Shown one piece after another: positions 24,911 to 37,616 of a stretch of DNA of 64,000 nt. A program made the translations under genes and the position numbers. Source of the DNA: Octopus vulgaris (taxonomy: Eukaryota); contig OX597820.1 of NCBI GenBank assembly GCA_951406725.2, positions 55,676,001 through 55,740,000 on the forward strand, given 5' to 3'. The number at the start of each line of letters is the position of its first letter. Position 1 is the first letter of the stretch. Below the pieces are notes generated by a model, which did not search any database, was not told the origin of the DNA, and saw only the letters and a program-made list of their open reading frames with translations.

Positions 24911-25500
24911 TATATAAAAATATTTATAAATGATTATAGTGTTTAGACAGGTTTATAATCTAAGTTGTGTCCTCTCGAAGCACATCTACATTTTCACAGA
25001 GATCGAATGTATGCATATGGATATTTTATTTGGAATGAGAGATACGTAGCATTTGAAATTTCTGGCGAATTCTATTTGCGGAGTAATTACATATCAAAAC
25101 AAAAGAAACATTTGGTATATTTTTAATTTCCTGTTACGGTGTTTCAGAATATTTGTCTGATTAATTACTGATAGGAATTTCTATAGATGTTTTTTCTACA
25201 TGTATACGTCTGTAAGTCATATCCTGTAATTAAACGAATAAAAATATACTAAATCTTTCCAGTCTTTGCTTAAATAATACATAAATAATTATAGATAAAT
25301 ACTGATAGATAACTGAACAAGTTTAATCTTTTATCGGATACTTTTTCTATTAAGTCTTTTTGTCAATATGCTGCCCACTGGATGCGTTCGCTATTTTTCA
25401 GTTGCTACAACAGAAATGATAACGAATACTACTGAAAATATTAATAAGACATCCACAAGAGCCTTCAGATGGTGGATCCGAGATCAAGATGTATCTAAAT

Positions 25501-25840
25501 AGTGGTTCTCGACTACTTTTTATCTATGAACCCTTTGATTCCTATTATTTTCTAGTGGACCCCTATAGCCATTCTATGTTTAAAATCTAGTTTTATGGAT
25601 ATTGCTTTCAAAATTCCTATTTTGTTTTTCACACTTTAACTTGTGCAGGTTGAACTATGTAATTCGTTAGAGGAAGAAACCTAGCTGTTTCTTGCAATAA
25701 ATACATCCAAATCAAATTTTTTCATGGACCTTTAAAATACTACATGTGGATCTTCAATTTACTACTATACTTGCGTGGACCACCAAAATCTTACACAGAC
25801 CGCCCCCAGGGCCCATAGGGACCCCAGTTGAAGACCACCG
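25501..25840. mobile_element. hAT (Charlie-like) MITE
   Basis: agtggttctc...gaagaccaccg ends; TSD atctaaa(t/g); inverted homologue at 44716-44993. Confidence 0.7.
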
Positions 25841-25851
25841 ATCTAAAGTAA

Positions 25852-26001
25852 TACCTATTTCTTTATTACCCACAAGGGGCTAAACATAGAGGGGACAAAC
25901 AAGGACAGACATAGGTATTAAGTCGATTACATCGACCCCAGTGCGTAACTGCTACTTAATTTATCGACCCCGAAAGGATGAAAGGCAAAGTCGACCTCGG
26001 C
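25852..26001 (-). mobile_element. Truncated SINE family B
   Basis: Near-identical to the units at 10400-10784. Confidence 0.8.
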
Positions 26002-26409
26002 ACCAATGTCTTGAATTTATTAAATATATAAATGACATAAAAAAATGGCCAGCAATGGTTTTTCAAACGCTTCATGATGCTAGGAAAACAATTTATCCAA
26101 TGAATGGAAAGAAGGAGAGAGAGAGGAAGAATTTGAAGAATTTAAAATGTCTGAATTTATATCAGAATGTTTGTAAAAATGCAACGAATTGCACGTAATT
26201 TCTATCTTAAATGTGAATTTCTGTATGTATATCTGCATGGCTTCCTGCCTTAAAGACTCACACAAAGAAACAATAAGTTCTGCTAAGCAAAGTGGCCCAC
26301 GTGACATTGTACAGTCATCGCGTGCGTGGGATGGCCACTCCGGTCGGAAGAGAAGCGATCCTTTTTGCTTGTTCCATGATGGAGAGATCGTTTTGTCTTT
26401 CTAAACTAT

Positions 26410-27060
26410 CGTTGAAGGAAGCTTATTTCATTAACGTAACCCAGAACATCTTGACTCTCAGAATCTTTTAAAAAAAGATAAAATAATCCCAACTTTCACA
26501 ATCCTAAAACTAAGAATAGACAACGAAAAACATCACATGATACAATCACCAGTTCAATCTTCAAGTAACCACACTCGTTATTAAATGCTTCCTTAAATTA
26601 ATCAAAAGATACTCTTCCATTCTCACGAGAACCATTCTATATTCAAAACAAACTCACAAAAATTCTTTTACTCAGCAACCTGAAATGTCACGCAAAAACT
26701 TGAAAACATTAACTCAAAGGAACAGACACACAACATACAAAACCTAGCACAAGATTTTGCATATACCGAATTCCCTGCCTTCCAATTCATCCACCCTCCT
26801 TAACAATAAATGTTCCCACAAGAACATAGTCTACTCAGCAAAAATAATCAAATTGCCTCACTTAAAATGAGTTGAAACAAACTCAGCTAACATCGGTGAT
26901 CATTTAGCAAAATAAACACAAGATCAAAAACAACACTATCCAACTATATGTGAAATTGCAAAGACTCCAAGAAATCCCATTCCATTAACTAGCACCCACA
27001 GCAATGACAATCTCAAGACTAAACTAATATAAATTTTCGGGAATAGTAACTTTTCTCTTG
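26410..27060 (+). mobile_element. Old Penelope-like element relic
   Basis: Frameshifted pieces KCFLKLIKRY, FYSAT, PLNNKCSHKNIVYSAKII and TLSNYM match the WFNPP..FLKLIDKHF..SYSC..CPL.GKC...NIVYQA type of PLE ORF. Confidence 0.55.
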
Positions 27061-27214
27061 TCAGAAACTTCAAGCCTCCTCAGTATTAATATGTGCATGC
27101 ATACATACATACATACATACATACATACATACATACATACATACATACATACATACATACATGCATACGTACGTACATACATAAATGCATACGTACGTAC
27201 ATACATACATACAT

Positions 27215-27245
<31 letters not shown>

Positions 27246-27504
27246 TACATACATACATACATACATACATACATACATACATACATACATACATACATAC
27301 ATTGTTGATGTTGTTGAAATTTCAACGAAGGAGCTTTGGATCTAAGTTAGAAACCGGATCTTTCTTTATTGGCATGATATAAAACTAAATCACGACATAC
27401 ATAAATACATACATATATGGGTGTGTATGACTATACATGTATGCATGTATGTGTGTATGTATATAGGCATGCATATGTATGTTTCTTACTCATCTTACTC
27501 ATCA

Positions 27505-28786
27505 GGCGCAGGAGTGGCTGTATGGTAAGTAACTTACTTACCAACCACATGTTTCCGGGTTCATTCCCATGGAGAAGTGTCTTCTACTATAGCTTCAGGC
27601 CAATCAAAGCCTTGTGAGTGGATTTGGTAGACGGAAACTGAAAGAAGCCCGTCGTATATATGTGTAAGGATAACGACCGTGCGTAAGGAGTTGGTGACAG
27701 AAATGTCTCCTTTTAACGCCGCACGATCGCCCTAACAAAAGAAGAAGCCAAACACATGATATAAATGAATAAGTGCCAAAAGGAATAATGAGGACGACAA
27801 CCGTTCTACTGTTTGAGAGAGGAAGGCATTATTTACAGAAGTGTACAATAAGATAAAGTATGGGTGCTAGCAGAGTGTAGTGTCTGGGTGCGTGCACATG
27901 TGTGTCTGTGTGTCTGTTGTAAGAGTGAACATAAGTGCATGCAACAAGTGTTTGTGTCTGTGTGTTCATGTATGCGACAGAAGTACAAACAAGGTGTATG
28001 CGTATGTGAGACAGAATACAATACAGAGCATGGAATGAGCCTCTCAGGATATCTTAGACAAGATGGACTTAATTTACCAGTTCGTAATAAGGTTACACAA
28101 TAGTAATAGTTCTGTAACAGGATGTTGGGGTCACAAGGCAGAATGTCGATTGAACACATATCGTGCAGCGGTTGTGGCTTCAATGCTGTGCCAGGTCTTT
28201 TGATACAGGAATTCTCGCAGGTAGTGCTGTGCTGTTAAGCTTGGTAAAAATCACAACAGCGTGGTGTTTAAACCTGAGCGAGTGCTGTGTACGTATTGGT
28301 GTTGCTGGAGATGAAGGCGACGGAGATGGAGAGCGTCATGCGTTGCTGGTGTATGTTAGCGTCGTCGCAGGAACTGGCTGTCTGGTTGTGGTGTGGTCAA
28401 TGGTTGAGTCGCTCTGTAGTCAGAGGTTAGTCCTGAGAAGGACTGGAACCTACGACAGTGTTTCTGGAACATGGTTGAGTTGCTCTGTGGTCAGAAGTTA
28501 GTCCTGAGAAGGACTGGAACCTAAGACGAGAAATAGGGGCCTTTATAACCTGCTAAAGGCTCCAGTGAGAACCCAAAAAGACAGTGTCATGGGACCTTAT
28601 CCGAAGGCCGTGATTGGTTGGCTTACACACTGGCGCGAAATAAGTCAAGTTACAAACTGCGCCAATGTCAACCAATCAGAGCAGTGGACACAACAGGGTC
28701 AAAATAGCCAAAGATGGTTGCTATCTAACATGAGATCATTTCTGATGTATCTCTCAAACAGTGAGGATATCACCTAGCTACGCTAC

Positions 28787-28834
<48 letters not shown>

Positions 28835-29103
28835 ATGTATGTATGTATGTATGTATGTATGTATGTATGTATGTGTGTATGTATGTGTGTGTATATGTTT
28901 GTGTGTCTGTGTCCCCCCAGCATCGCTTGACAACCGATGTTGGTGTGTTTATGTTCCCTGTAACTTAACGGTTCGGCAAAAACGATCGATAGAATTAGTA
29001 CTAGGCTTACAAAGAATAAGTCCTGGGGTCGATTTGCTCGACTAAAGGCGGTACTCCAGCATGGCCGCAGTCAAATGACTGAAACAAGTAAAAGAGTAAG
29101 AGT
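27505..29103 (+). mobile_element. SINE family A split by a solo LTR
   Basis: 5' half 27505-27662; 3' half 28788-29103. Confidence 0.85.
27663..28787. mobile_element. Solo LTR (~1.1 kb)
   Basis: TGTA...TACA ends; 4-bp TSD tatg at 27659-27662 and 28788-28791; internal ~45-bp direct repeat at 28412 and 28483. Confidence 0.8.
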
Positions 29104-29957
29104 ATCTTTATTCATATATATATATATATTTTTTTTTATATGTATACTTATACCAGTAAGTATGTGTAATTATGTCTTGTCGCACGTACGTCTCCACACG
29201 TTTTCTGTATGTGCATCTATACCTAGGTACACATTTGTGTGTGTGTGTGTATGTGTGTGTGCGTGTGAATATTATTCTCCGTGTGCAAATGTACATGCAA
29301 ATTTGTGTATCTGTGCATTTGTATATATGCATCGATATAAATCTATGTGCGTCTATCTGTACAATGTATGTATATACATATGCATCTGTATCTAGAATAG
29401 GCATCCGTCGGTCTCGAGAGGCCATGGAACTGCACCTGGAGAATTTGTCAGCTGCTGATGGTGACCCAGCGTCTGCTGTGACTTCTTCTTCTTCTTCTTC
29501 TCCTTCTCCTCCTCCTCCTCCTTCTTCTTCTTCTTCTTCTTCTTCTTCTTCTTCTTCTTCTTCTTCTTCTTCTTCTTCGGTAGTCTTATTTTTATCACCA
29601 TACTTCTGTGCGTAAATAAGTCTATCTGAGTATTTGTGCATTTATCAAATTGTTTCCATGCACGTACACACACACTTACATCTGTCATAAATTACATCTG
29701 TCACAAATATATGTGCATGAAATCGATCGTACGCACATGCACAAGCTTGTTCTCATCCGTGTCGATGTTTGCATATATAACTATATGTTATCGCGTATGT
29801 ATATCTTATACCTGTGTAAGTATCGTGTAAGCATCGAAGTGTACATCTCTGCGCGTATGCATATGTTTGCATATACATATATGTCAATTTACATTTATAT
29901 ATGTGTCAGTTTACATCTATTTGCATCTACTTGTACATGTATGGGCACCGTACATCT

Positions 29958-30159
29958 AGCGTGGCCGTGTGGTAGGTAGTTTGCTTCCCGACCTCGTGGT
30001 TCTGGGTTCGGTCCCACAGAGTGACACTTCGGGCAGCAGTCTTCTACTATAGCCCCGGGTCAACCAAAGCCTTGTCAATAGTTAGGCGACAAGCACAAAA
30101 ACCACATACACACACTCGCGCGGAAAATGAAAGAAGGCCGTCCTATATATGTGTGTGTG

Positions 30160-30208
<49 letters not shown>

Positions 30209-30424
30209 GTGTGTGTGTTTGTGTTTGTCCCCTCCACCATTGCTTGACAACCGATGCTGGTGTGTTTATGTCCTCGTAAGCTAGCGGTTCGGCAAACGAG
30301 ACATATATAGAATAAGTACTAGGCTTACAAAGAATAAATCCTGGAGTCGCTTTGTTCGACTGAAGGAAGTGCTCCAGCATGGCCGCAATCAAATGACTGA
30401 AATAAATAAAAGAGTAAAAGAGAT
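29958..30424 (+). mobile_element. SINE family A (diverged head)
   Basis: Head, microsatellite and tail recognisable. Confidence 0.8.
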
Positions 30425-30502
30425 ATTCATATAAATAGGTCCAGCTTACAAAGGGTACAACGGCAGAGAAAATTAAAGGGGTGGAAGAAAGGTGTTATAA
30501 GT

Positions 30503-30610
30503 CCCAACAGCTGTTTCTGGGGGCTCGGCGATCCATAACTATGTTGGTTGATTTATGCGACTATATAGATGCAATTAACATTGAATAAGACGAACCTCCA
30601 CCATCGGGGT
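30503..30610 (-). ncRNA. Degenerate long-stem-II hammerhead-like motif
   Basis: Minus strand: cc-CCGATGG-tggaggttcg...cgagccccca-GAAACAGCTGTT-ggg; two core mismatches, probably inactive. Confidence 0.45.
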
Positions 30611-30986
30611 AGAAAAAATTGTTATATTTCAGATTTTAAGGCAGAAAAGTTCAAAGATGGAACTGTGGATTAAAAATAATCCAGTCTGAACATTCCTGCC
30701 TATCAAGAATGAAACTATCAGTGACATTGTGTGAATTGAACTTTCCAATACCCACAATAAATCGCTACTCTACAAATGCATTGAGTTCTGGCATTGGATT
30801 CTCTCTCTTAGAGATAGTCATTCTCTAATACACGAGACACTAAGATTGTGCGGTAAGGATTTTGCTTCCTAACCACATGATTCCACCCCACTGTGGGGCC
30901 CTTTGGTAAGTGTGTTCTACTATGGTCCCAGGCCGACCAAAGCCTTCTGAGCGGATTTGGCAGATGAAAACTGAAAAAAACCCGCC

Positions 30987-31046
<60 letters not shown>

Positions 31047-31143
31047 CGGGAAGCTTTATGAAAATAAACAAAAGACGAAGGCAGGTGGAAAACAAACGAA
31101 CAATTGTATTAGTATGGCGCTCAGGAAATATAAATAAAACAAG

Positions 31144-31181
31144 TCTTTAACGTTTCGAGCCTACGCTCTTCAACAGAAAGA
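31144..31181 (-). ncRNA. Minimal type I hammerhead motif with variant core CUGUUGA
   Basis: Minus strand: tcttt-CTGTTGA-a-gagc-gtag-gctc-GAAAC-GTT-aaaga; stems I and II pair perfectly. Confidence 0.65.
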
Positions 31182-31413
31182 TACACAGAGAGAGAAAAAC
31201 ACAGAAAGAAGGAGAGAAAAAAATGCGTGCAGTAGCTAACGAATCAACATGGCGATCTGATTTCGGCCAGAGGTCAAAGATCAAACATGAGACGCGAGAG
31301 CAAAATAAGGGGAGATAATAGGGTTGATAAAAGGGTTGAGGGACCAGCTAAATGTGCGTGGGAGGGGTCTGGATGTGTGTATGTATAGGGTTGGTGTATG
31401 TATTAGTATGTAT

Positions 31414-31450
<37 letters not shown>

Positions 31451-31861
31451 TATTAGTGCGTAAGATTGGTCTGGACGTGCGTATGTATGGGGTTGGTGTA
31501 TGTATTAGTATGCATTAGTATGTATTAGTACGTATTGGTATGTATAGGTGTGTGTGTGTGTGTGAGAGAGAGTATAAGTGCGTATGCGGGGTCTGGACGT
31601 GTGTATGTATAGGGTTGGTGTAAGTATTAGTATGTACTAGTATGTATTAGTACGTATTAGTATGTATTAGTTGGTGTGTGTATTAGTATGGCACATCATA
31701 TGTGATGTGATGTGTAAAGTCATGTGGTGTAGTGAGGAGAAGAGGGGGAGGGGGAGAAGAGGGGGAGGGGAGAAGAGGGGGGAAGGGGAGGGGAAGAAGG
31801 GGGAAGAGGAGACGATGGGGAGAAGGAAGGTGAGGAGGGGGATGAAGGAGGAAAGAGGGAT

Positions 31862-32835
31862 ACGTCGTAAATCACTGCAAAGTGAAAATATTTGCTGATG
31901 ACACTAAGCTCTAGCAAATCATCAATAAAGAAGAAGACGGGACTCAAATCCAGTCTGATCTACATGCTGTGAGTCAATGGGCAGACAAAAACAAAATGCA
32001 ACTGAACGAGGGAAAATTTGAGTTGATGCATTTTGGAAGACAATCTATACTAAGACAGCCATACTCTCTTCCTTCAGGGAACCGCTCATAGCATCTAATA
32101 ATATCAGAGACCTGGGTGTAATTGTTGATAACAATCTCAGTTGGAGTGCCACATCAACAATGAGGTCGATATAGCTCGTAGGATGCGCTCCAGGATCTTA
32201 AGAACCTTCCGGTCCAGAGAACAAAGTGTCATCATTCCACTTTTCTCCTCCTTTGTACGGCAACACCTCGAATACTGCTGCCCCTTGTGGTCTCCCCGTA
32301 CAAAACAAAACATCTTGAGGATTGAATCACCCCAGAGGGCATTCACTAAACGAATTGAACGCATGACTGATCTCGATTACTGGGACCGCCTTTAAAGTCT
32401 TGAAACTCTACTCTCTCCAGCGCAGCCGCGAGCGGTACATCATACAGCATTGCCCAAACGACCTGAACATTAGTTTCAAGGTTCATCCAAGGCTGGGACA
32501 ACGGGCCATATGTCCCCTGTCCAATTTAGGATTACAACATATAGGTACACTGCGACATAATTTCTTTTCCTCAACGGGCCCTACCCTGTTTAACATTGTC
32601 CCAAAACTGATCAAAGAGGAAAAGGATCCCGTCACCTTTAAACGTAGTCTGGACAGATTTCTTCAAGGAATACCAGGTAAGCCACCCATATCTGGATACA
32701 ACTCACTCATCAAGAACTCACTGCTTGAATGACCCATAAGCAAAACTTGACTTTAAAAGGATTTAGATAATCCTACCAGGTGGTGCTATTAAGTTAGACA
32801 TGGCCTGGACCAATCTTTGGTCGAAATATTATCTA
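31862..32835 (+). mobile_element. 5'-truncated CR1/L2-group LINE (RT C-terminus and 3' UTR)
   Basis: KIFADDTKL, QSDL..W...N.MQLN.GKF, RDLGVIVD, VRQHLEYCCPLWSP, QRAFTKRI..LDYWDRL..LKLYSLQR.RER, FKRSLDRFL; stops and frameshifts. Confidence 0.92.
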
Positions 32836-32851
32836 AGTTTATATATATATA

Positions 32852-32978
32852 CAGGGTGTCCCAAAAAATGTATACACATAGTGGTTCGGCAAAAGAGAAC
32901 GATAGAATAAGTACTAGGCTTACAAAGAATAACAAATTTACAATTATTTAAGGTGTGTATACATTTTTTTGGGACATC

Positions 32979-32981
<3 letters not shown>
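32852..32981. mobile_element. 130-bp Tc1/mariner-type MITE
   Basis: TA|cagggtgtcccaaaaaatgtatacac...gtgtatacatttttttgggacatcctg|TA. Confidence 0.85.
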
Positions 32982-33016
<35 letters not shown>

Positions 33017-33080
33017 TCGCGTGTGTACCGTTGGCGATTTTTCCCCTCCGTCTTCCCTTCTCTGGATCTTTCCTTTTCCT

Positions 33081-33119
33081 GTGTTTCTGACGAAGAGCTC
33101 CGCTCGAAACGTTAAACGC
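33081..33119 (+). ncRNA. Minimal type I hammerhead ribozyme (Penelope/retrozyme type)
   Basis: gtgttt-CTGACGA-a-gagc-tcc-gctc-GAAAC-GTT-aaacgc: intact core, 6-bp stem I, 4-bp stem II, palindromic AACGTT stem III. Confidence 0.85.
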
Positions 33120-33690
33120 TCCTTCTTCCTTCCCTTCTTGAGCGTCCAATAATACTATATTTGCTCCACATCCTCGCGTTGTTGTGTTTTCTCTTTGTGT
33201 TTTCATATTTGGATTAATTATATATTTATATATATATATATATATATATATGCGCTGGTGTTGGACCTATATGTGTGGTGTATGAGTGTGCGCACGTCCC
33301 ACACCACTTGAGAAGCGGTGTTGGGATTTTTACATCCACGTAAGCAGCGGTTCGGCGAAATTAACCAATAGAATAAGTATCAGCTTAAAAAAAAAATAAA
33401 TAAAGTACTGGGTTGATTTGTTCATTCTGAAAAAAATTTCAAGGTGGTGCTCCAGTATGACCGTAATCTAATGACTGAGACATGTAAATGGTAACTGGTA
33501 AATGATCCATGCACGCACACACACACACACAAATATGTGTGTTCGTGCATACAGACAGAAGGGATGCTATGCATGGTTGAGCACACTACTATCAACACCA
33601 ACACCTACCACTAACCAGCGCCATCTGTTGCAAAGCCCGCAAGTTACACACATAGATACTGCTACTATCACTACCACCACCACCACCACA

Positions 33691-33731
<41 letters not shown>

Positions 33732-36344
33732 CACCATCCCCACCACCACCACCACCAAGTTCAGCAACATGAGAACCTTATCTCCATTACCATTTCCTCT
33801 TCTGCTCTACAAACGCAACCTTCTCTTCTATCATAGCACCACCCTTCCCCTAGTACGCTTCCGTCACCACCATCACTACTGGCGCCTTCACCACTTTCCT
33901 TCTATTACCACCACCACCACCACCGTCACTGTTTCTTATTTGCGCCATCGCCGCCACCTTCTTTCTTTTCTATACGACTATTACCCCTCCCTCCCCCCTT
34001 TCAGTTTTCCTTACTGCATTATCACCTCCGCCACAGCCACTGTACTTGTAAGTATAATGTTATTGCCATGAGAAATGGCAGGCAAAGAGCATGTGTAGCG
34101 AACCTGAAATATGTTCGTTGCAGTAGTAATTACCAATTAATTAAGAGTAACCAATAAAGCAAAAAAAACAACAAAAAACTACGCACCCTATCCTGCTGAC
34201 ACATTTTTTACACATGCGTATACATAATATAAAACATAAATATTTACTTGATCCTTGACTTCGGTGTGGATAGAAACACAGCAGATCTTGATGTTCACAG
34301 AAAAATTATATAATTAATTGAGAACATATTCATAGTTGCATATAAAGAAAGAAGTACTCCAGTATTTAGAGAAACAGTATATAATTTTACACCTCCGTCT
34401 CCGCTTACACACACTTGTCGCTGTATATTTGGTTGTTTTTGAGTAGGCGCTCACATTTCACACACACACACATACGCACATATGTATATCCGTACTAGTA
34501 ATTCCTTTTGTTGTGCTTGAGTGTCCGTAAAACTTAAAACATATACATTTCTATCAAGGAACCGACAAGGAATTGTGGAAGAATGTTTATCTGCGACAAG
34601 GATAGTACCACGATTTAAACTGCTGGGGATTCTTACTGTGTCCATAATATTTTTTTAGTAAGTTAACTATTCTTTGTCTTTTGCTTACTGTTTACATATT
34701 ATTACACTGTTACCGCGTGTTGATACTTTCTCAGATGTATTAATCGAAAGATTATTAATCTGTAGCTGTGTGTGTGTGTGTGTATAGGCGCTTTTAGTTG
34801 TTACACTGAACATCGTATTATAAGGATTTTGCTTGTTGACACATTCAGCAAAGCTTCGCCAACACAACTTTCTTATTTACCTTAACTTGTAAATCTGAGG
34901 TCCTTTGCTATGTCAAAAGCTGATGGTGATGTTTAGCCCCAGGTTAACCCAGATCGAGCTGATTTATGATCAGAGGTATTCCAGCTGTGATCACCCGTCA
35001 TTTTAAGGGTATTTAGACCTACAATTCGTTAACTCTTCCTTCCTAATTTAAGACTAGAGGGTGTAATACGAGACTGATTTCGTTTGATATTTCAAGCAGG
35101 TCGAGCGACCACGTTTAATTGTGGTTCCCTCTCTAGGTGAAAACGTCGTAGACCCAAGGTAAATATATGGTGAACCAATTCTGCAGTCCAGTTTCGATTC
35201 CTGTTTGTAGAACAATTTTCATATCATCACTGATACTTAGTTGAAAAATGTGGAATTCACGCATTCTCGTGTTTATAAATGAGGTCGTGTGAATATGTAA
35301 GAATTTGTTGTTATTGATGAAATAGCAATAGTAGTAGTAATATTAGAAATCGCCAACATTGTTATTACTACTATTGCTATTAGACGTCTGTACCGAAAGT
35401 AGTGAGTTCGTGTCTGAGAAAGGATGTTTAATGTCCTTCGCTGCATATGTAATTAATTCTTGGTTGTCTAAGAACCCGTCTTTTTTTTTTTTTCTTTTTC
35501 AAAATACACATTCACAAAAGAAAAAAGATAACTACCATTGTTATTTTTTGTTAATTCTCCGAGGCCATACTAAGCCAAGATGTTGACTCGGTTTCATTTC
35601 CTAGTTGTTTAATTGTAGACCAGCCCTGGTTTAGCAGATATACAATTAAAACGTTCCAGCCGTGGCTATCCCAGTTTTTTTTTTCAGGCAGTGTGTACTA
35701 AATATTATATTATTTAATGAGTCCTTTGAAGAGGGCAGTATATGATCTGAAAGAGATTTGGCTGGTTGTTTATTGTTTAACCGGCGGTAAACTTTGATCG
35801 AGCAAACCTATGATCAAAGACGTTCCTATCATGACCATGCCGTCTTTTTTTTATATTAAGGACTACGGAAGGACTACATTGTCCAGTGTATCATTCATTT
35901 AAGACGACATGATGGAATTAGAGGAAGACTTAGCTGGTGTTTTTAGCAGGTCGAGCAATCACGTAGAGCATAAGTGGGGGGAAAAACCTTATCCCGCCGT
36001 AAAATGTAGTCCATACTGAAATTTGAACCGGTCCACTAACAAAGTCTTTCGAAACACTTATGGAAAATACTCACAAAAACTAAAAAACAAAAAACAACAA
36101 ACGGTTTAAACACTAAAAACCAAAACTATAAATTGAATGAGTTGCATAGTTATAAATTTGAAGATTACAGATTCCTCAGTTCCTCTCTAGAAATGTATTC
36201 CCAACAGGTTCTTGTTATTCACTTGGAATTTAACAACCGAGCTTATTTTGTAGTTGTGTGTGTTGGTAGTAGTGGTGGGGATAAATGTCTACCTTCCATC
36301 CTACAAAAGATATGAATAATGTTATAAGCAGCGGTTTTTATATT

Positions 36345-36729
36345 TTGCTTGTTTCTGTCATAAGATTCCGGTCATGCTAAAGCACTGCCTTGAAGGGGTT
36401 TTTTTGTCGAACAACCTGACCCCAGGACGTTTTTTTAAAGCCCAGTATTTACTCTATCGGTCAATTTTGCCGAACCGTTAAATTAGGGGGACGCAAACAC
36501 AGCAACACCGATTAAACGCGGACGGGGGACATTCAGAAAGACAAACGCACGTAGATATAAACAAATATATACGACAGGCTCCTTTCAGTTTTCTTCTACC
36601 AAATACACTCTCAAGGCTTTGGTCGGCCCGAGGCTAGGGTAGAAGACACCTGCCCAAAGGGCCACGCAATGGAACTGAACACGGAACCACATAATTCGGA
36701 AGCAAACTTCTTATCACACAGCCACGCCT
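36345..36729 (-). mobile_element. SINE family A (diverged)
   Basis: Reverse complement of the family consensus. Confidence 0.75.
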
Positions 36730-37616
36730 TTATATGTACTTTTTGTACACTGATTTTTGGGTGCTGTTTTAGTCTGAATTGTATTTTTATAATTTCTTTG
36801 AAAATTTAAAATATATATTACAATTATTAAACTATTGGTTACCAAGGATTTAATAGATAAATCATTGGTTTACTGCATTTCTAATATGATAAGGGAGTGC
36901 CTGTAACTTAGTGCAGAACAAGTATGGCAAAGGACTTCGTTCGAAAGCAGCCCTCCCCCCAACATTTTTCTCGCTTTTGTTTACATCTTTGATTAATGTA
37001 CGCGCGCACACACAACAAGCTTCAAACACCATTCAACTAGTAATTGGTCACGCTTAAGCAATCGTAGTTGACAGATTTTAAGCATTGCTGTTATGAAACA
37101 AACTTTATAACCACATAATTGGTGTCAACATTTTCTTTTCCTTTCTTCCTTGAGAAACAAACATCACCCCAGGGGGAAAGAAAAGGTACCGAAATTGGGG
37201 GGTAAATATATAAAACATTTAAATGTTTAGAAGAAAAACAACAACAAAAACAATTCTTTCAGAATCCTAACTCTGTATGAAAAAAAGGAATACTAAAAAA
37301 AAAATGTTACAAATACCACCTAGTTCCTTGCCTTGTGATAGCTTTATTTTCAGAGATTTAATGTTTTATAGATTCAAAATTTGCAAGTTATGTGTGACAC
37401 ATTGGGCAAGTGTCTTCTACTAAAGCCACAGGCTGACCAAAGCTTTGTGAGTGGATTTGGTAGATGGAAACTGAAAGAAGCCCGGGTTATATATATATAT
37501 AAATTTGATTAGAGGATATGCTAACCTCATAAAGGTATGGTTGCATCCAAGGAAATACTGGTTCAATACCTAATATTTTGGGGGAATGAAATTCCCTTCA
37601 AACAATAGGTATATAT

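Noticed and set aside
32807-32828. gaccaa-tct-ttggtc-gaaa hairpin as a ribozyme
   Set aside because: Lacks the CUGANGA core; better explained as the 3' stem-loop of the CR1-like LINE.
33502-34071. Longest ORF (189 aa, poly-Thr)
   Set aside because: Built from (CA)n and (ACC/ACT)n low-complexity repeats; no domain or splice support.
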